Program-made: the position numbers and the translations under genes | Shown here: piece by piece, positions 63,956 to 64,000 of the stretch | Layout of the letters: the number at the start of each line of letters is the position of its first letter | How positions within the stretch are numbered: position 1 is the stretch's first letter | NCBI GenBank assembly: GCA_976551045.1 | Contig: CDPCPM010000026.1 | Span: forward strand, 21,824,001 to 21,888,000 | Direction of reading: 5' to 3' | Source: Glaucostegus cemiculus | Taxonomy: Eukaryota | Length of the DNA: 64,000 nt | The notes under the pieces: generated by a model | The model's input: the letters and a program-made list of their open reading frames with translations, nothing else | Told to the model about the DNA's origin: nothing | Databases searched by the model: none

Positions 63956-64000
63956 CAGGACAGTCAAGCAATTAAAAAAATTAATCATGATTAATCACAC
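63956..64000. mobile_element. hAT-type DNA transposon terminus, cut by the window edge
   Basis: caggacagtcaagcaattaaaaaaattaatcatgattaatcacac resembles the recalled hAT end AGGGCTGTCAAGCGATTAAAAAAATTAATCGCGATTAATCGC, mostly with CpG-decay changes. Confidence 0.65.

Overview
AT-rich, CpG-depleted vertebrate genomic DNA. The repeat content (CR1 and L2 LINEs, tRNA-derived V-domain SINEs, Deu-domain SINEs, Penelope-type termini) points to a cartilaginous fish (shark or ray); this is inferred from remembered repeat families, not from a database search. I recognise no host protein-coding exon, and every ORF with recognisable homology is a transposon relic, so the window looks like a large intron or gene desert. 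It contains about 15 CR1 fragments, a second LINE family, L2 relics, a decayed Gypsy element (gag-PR-RT-IN), Harbinger-like relics, an LF-SINE-like copy and a hAT terminus at the right edge. Non-repetitive, CpG-retaining blocks between the repeats are candidate conserved regulatory elements. The most notable signals are: (1) a dispersed Penelope-type terminal-repeat family whose copies reconstruct to a minimal hammerhead ribozyme and often sit as inverted pairs; (2) a perfect 27-bp fold-back at the 5' junction of a CR1 insertion; (3) a three-way-junction RNA-like fold in unique sequence at 45.6 kb. No intact novel system is demonstrated. Repeat boundaries are approximate (tens of bp).
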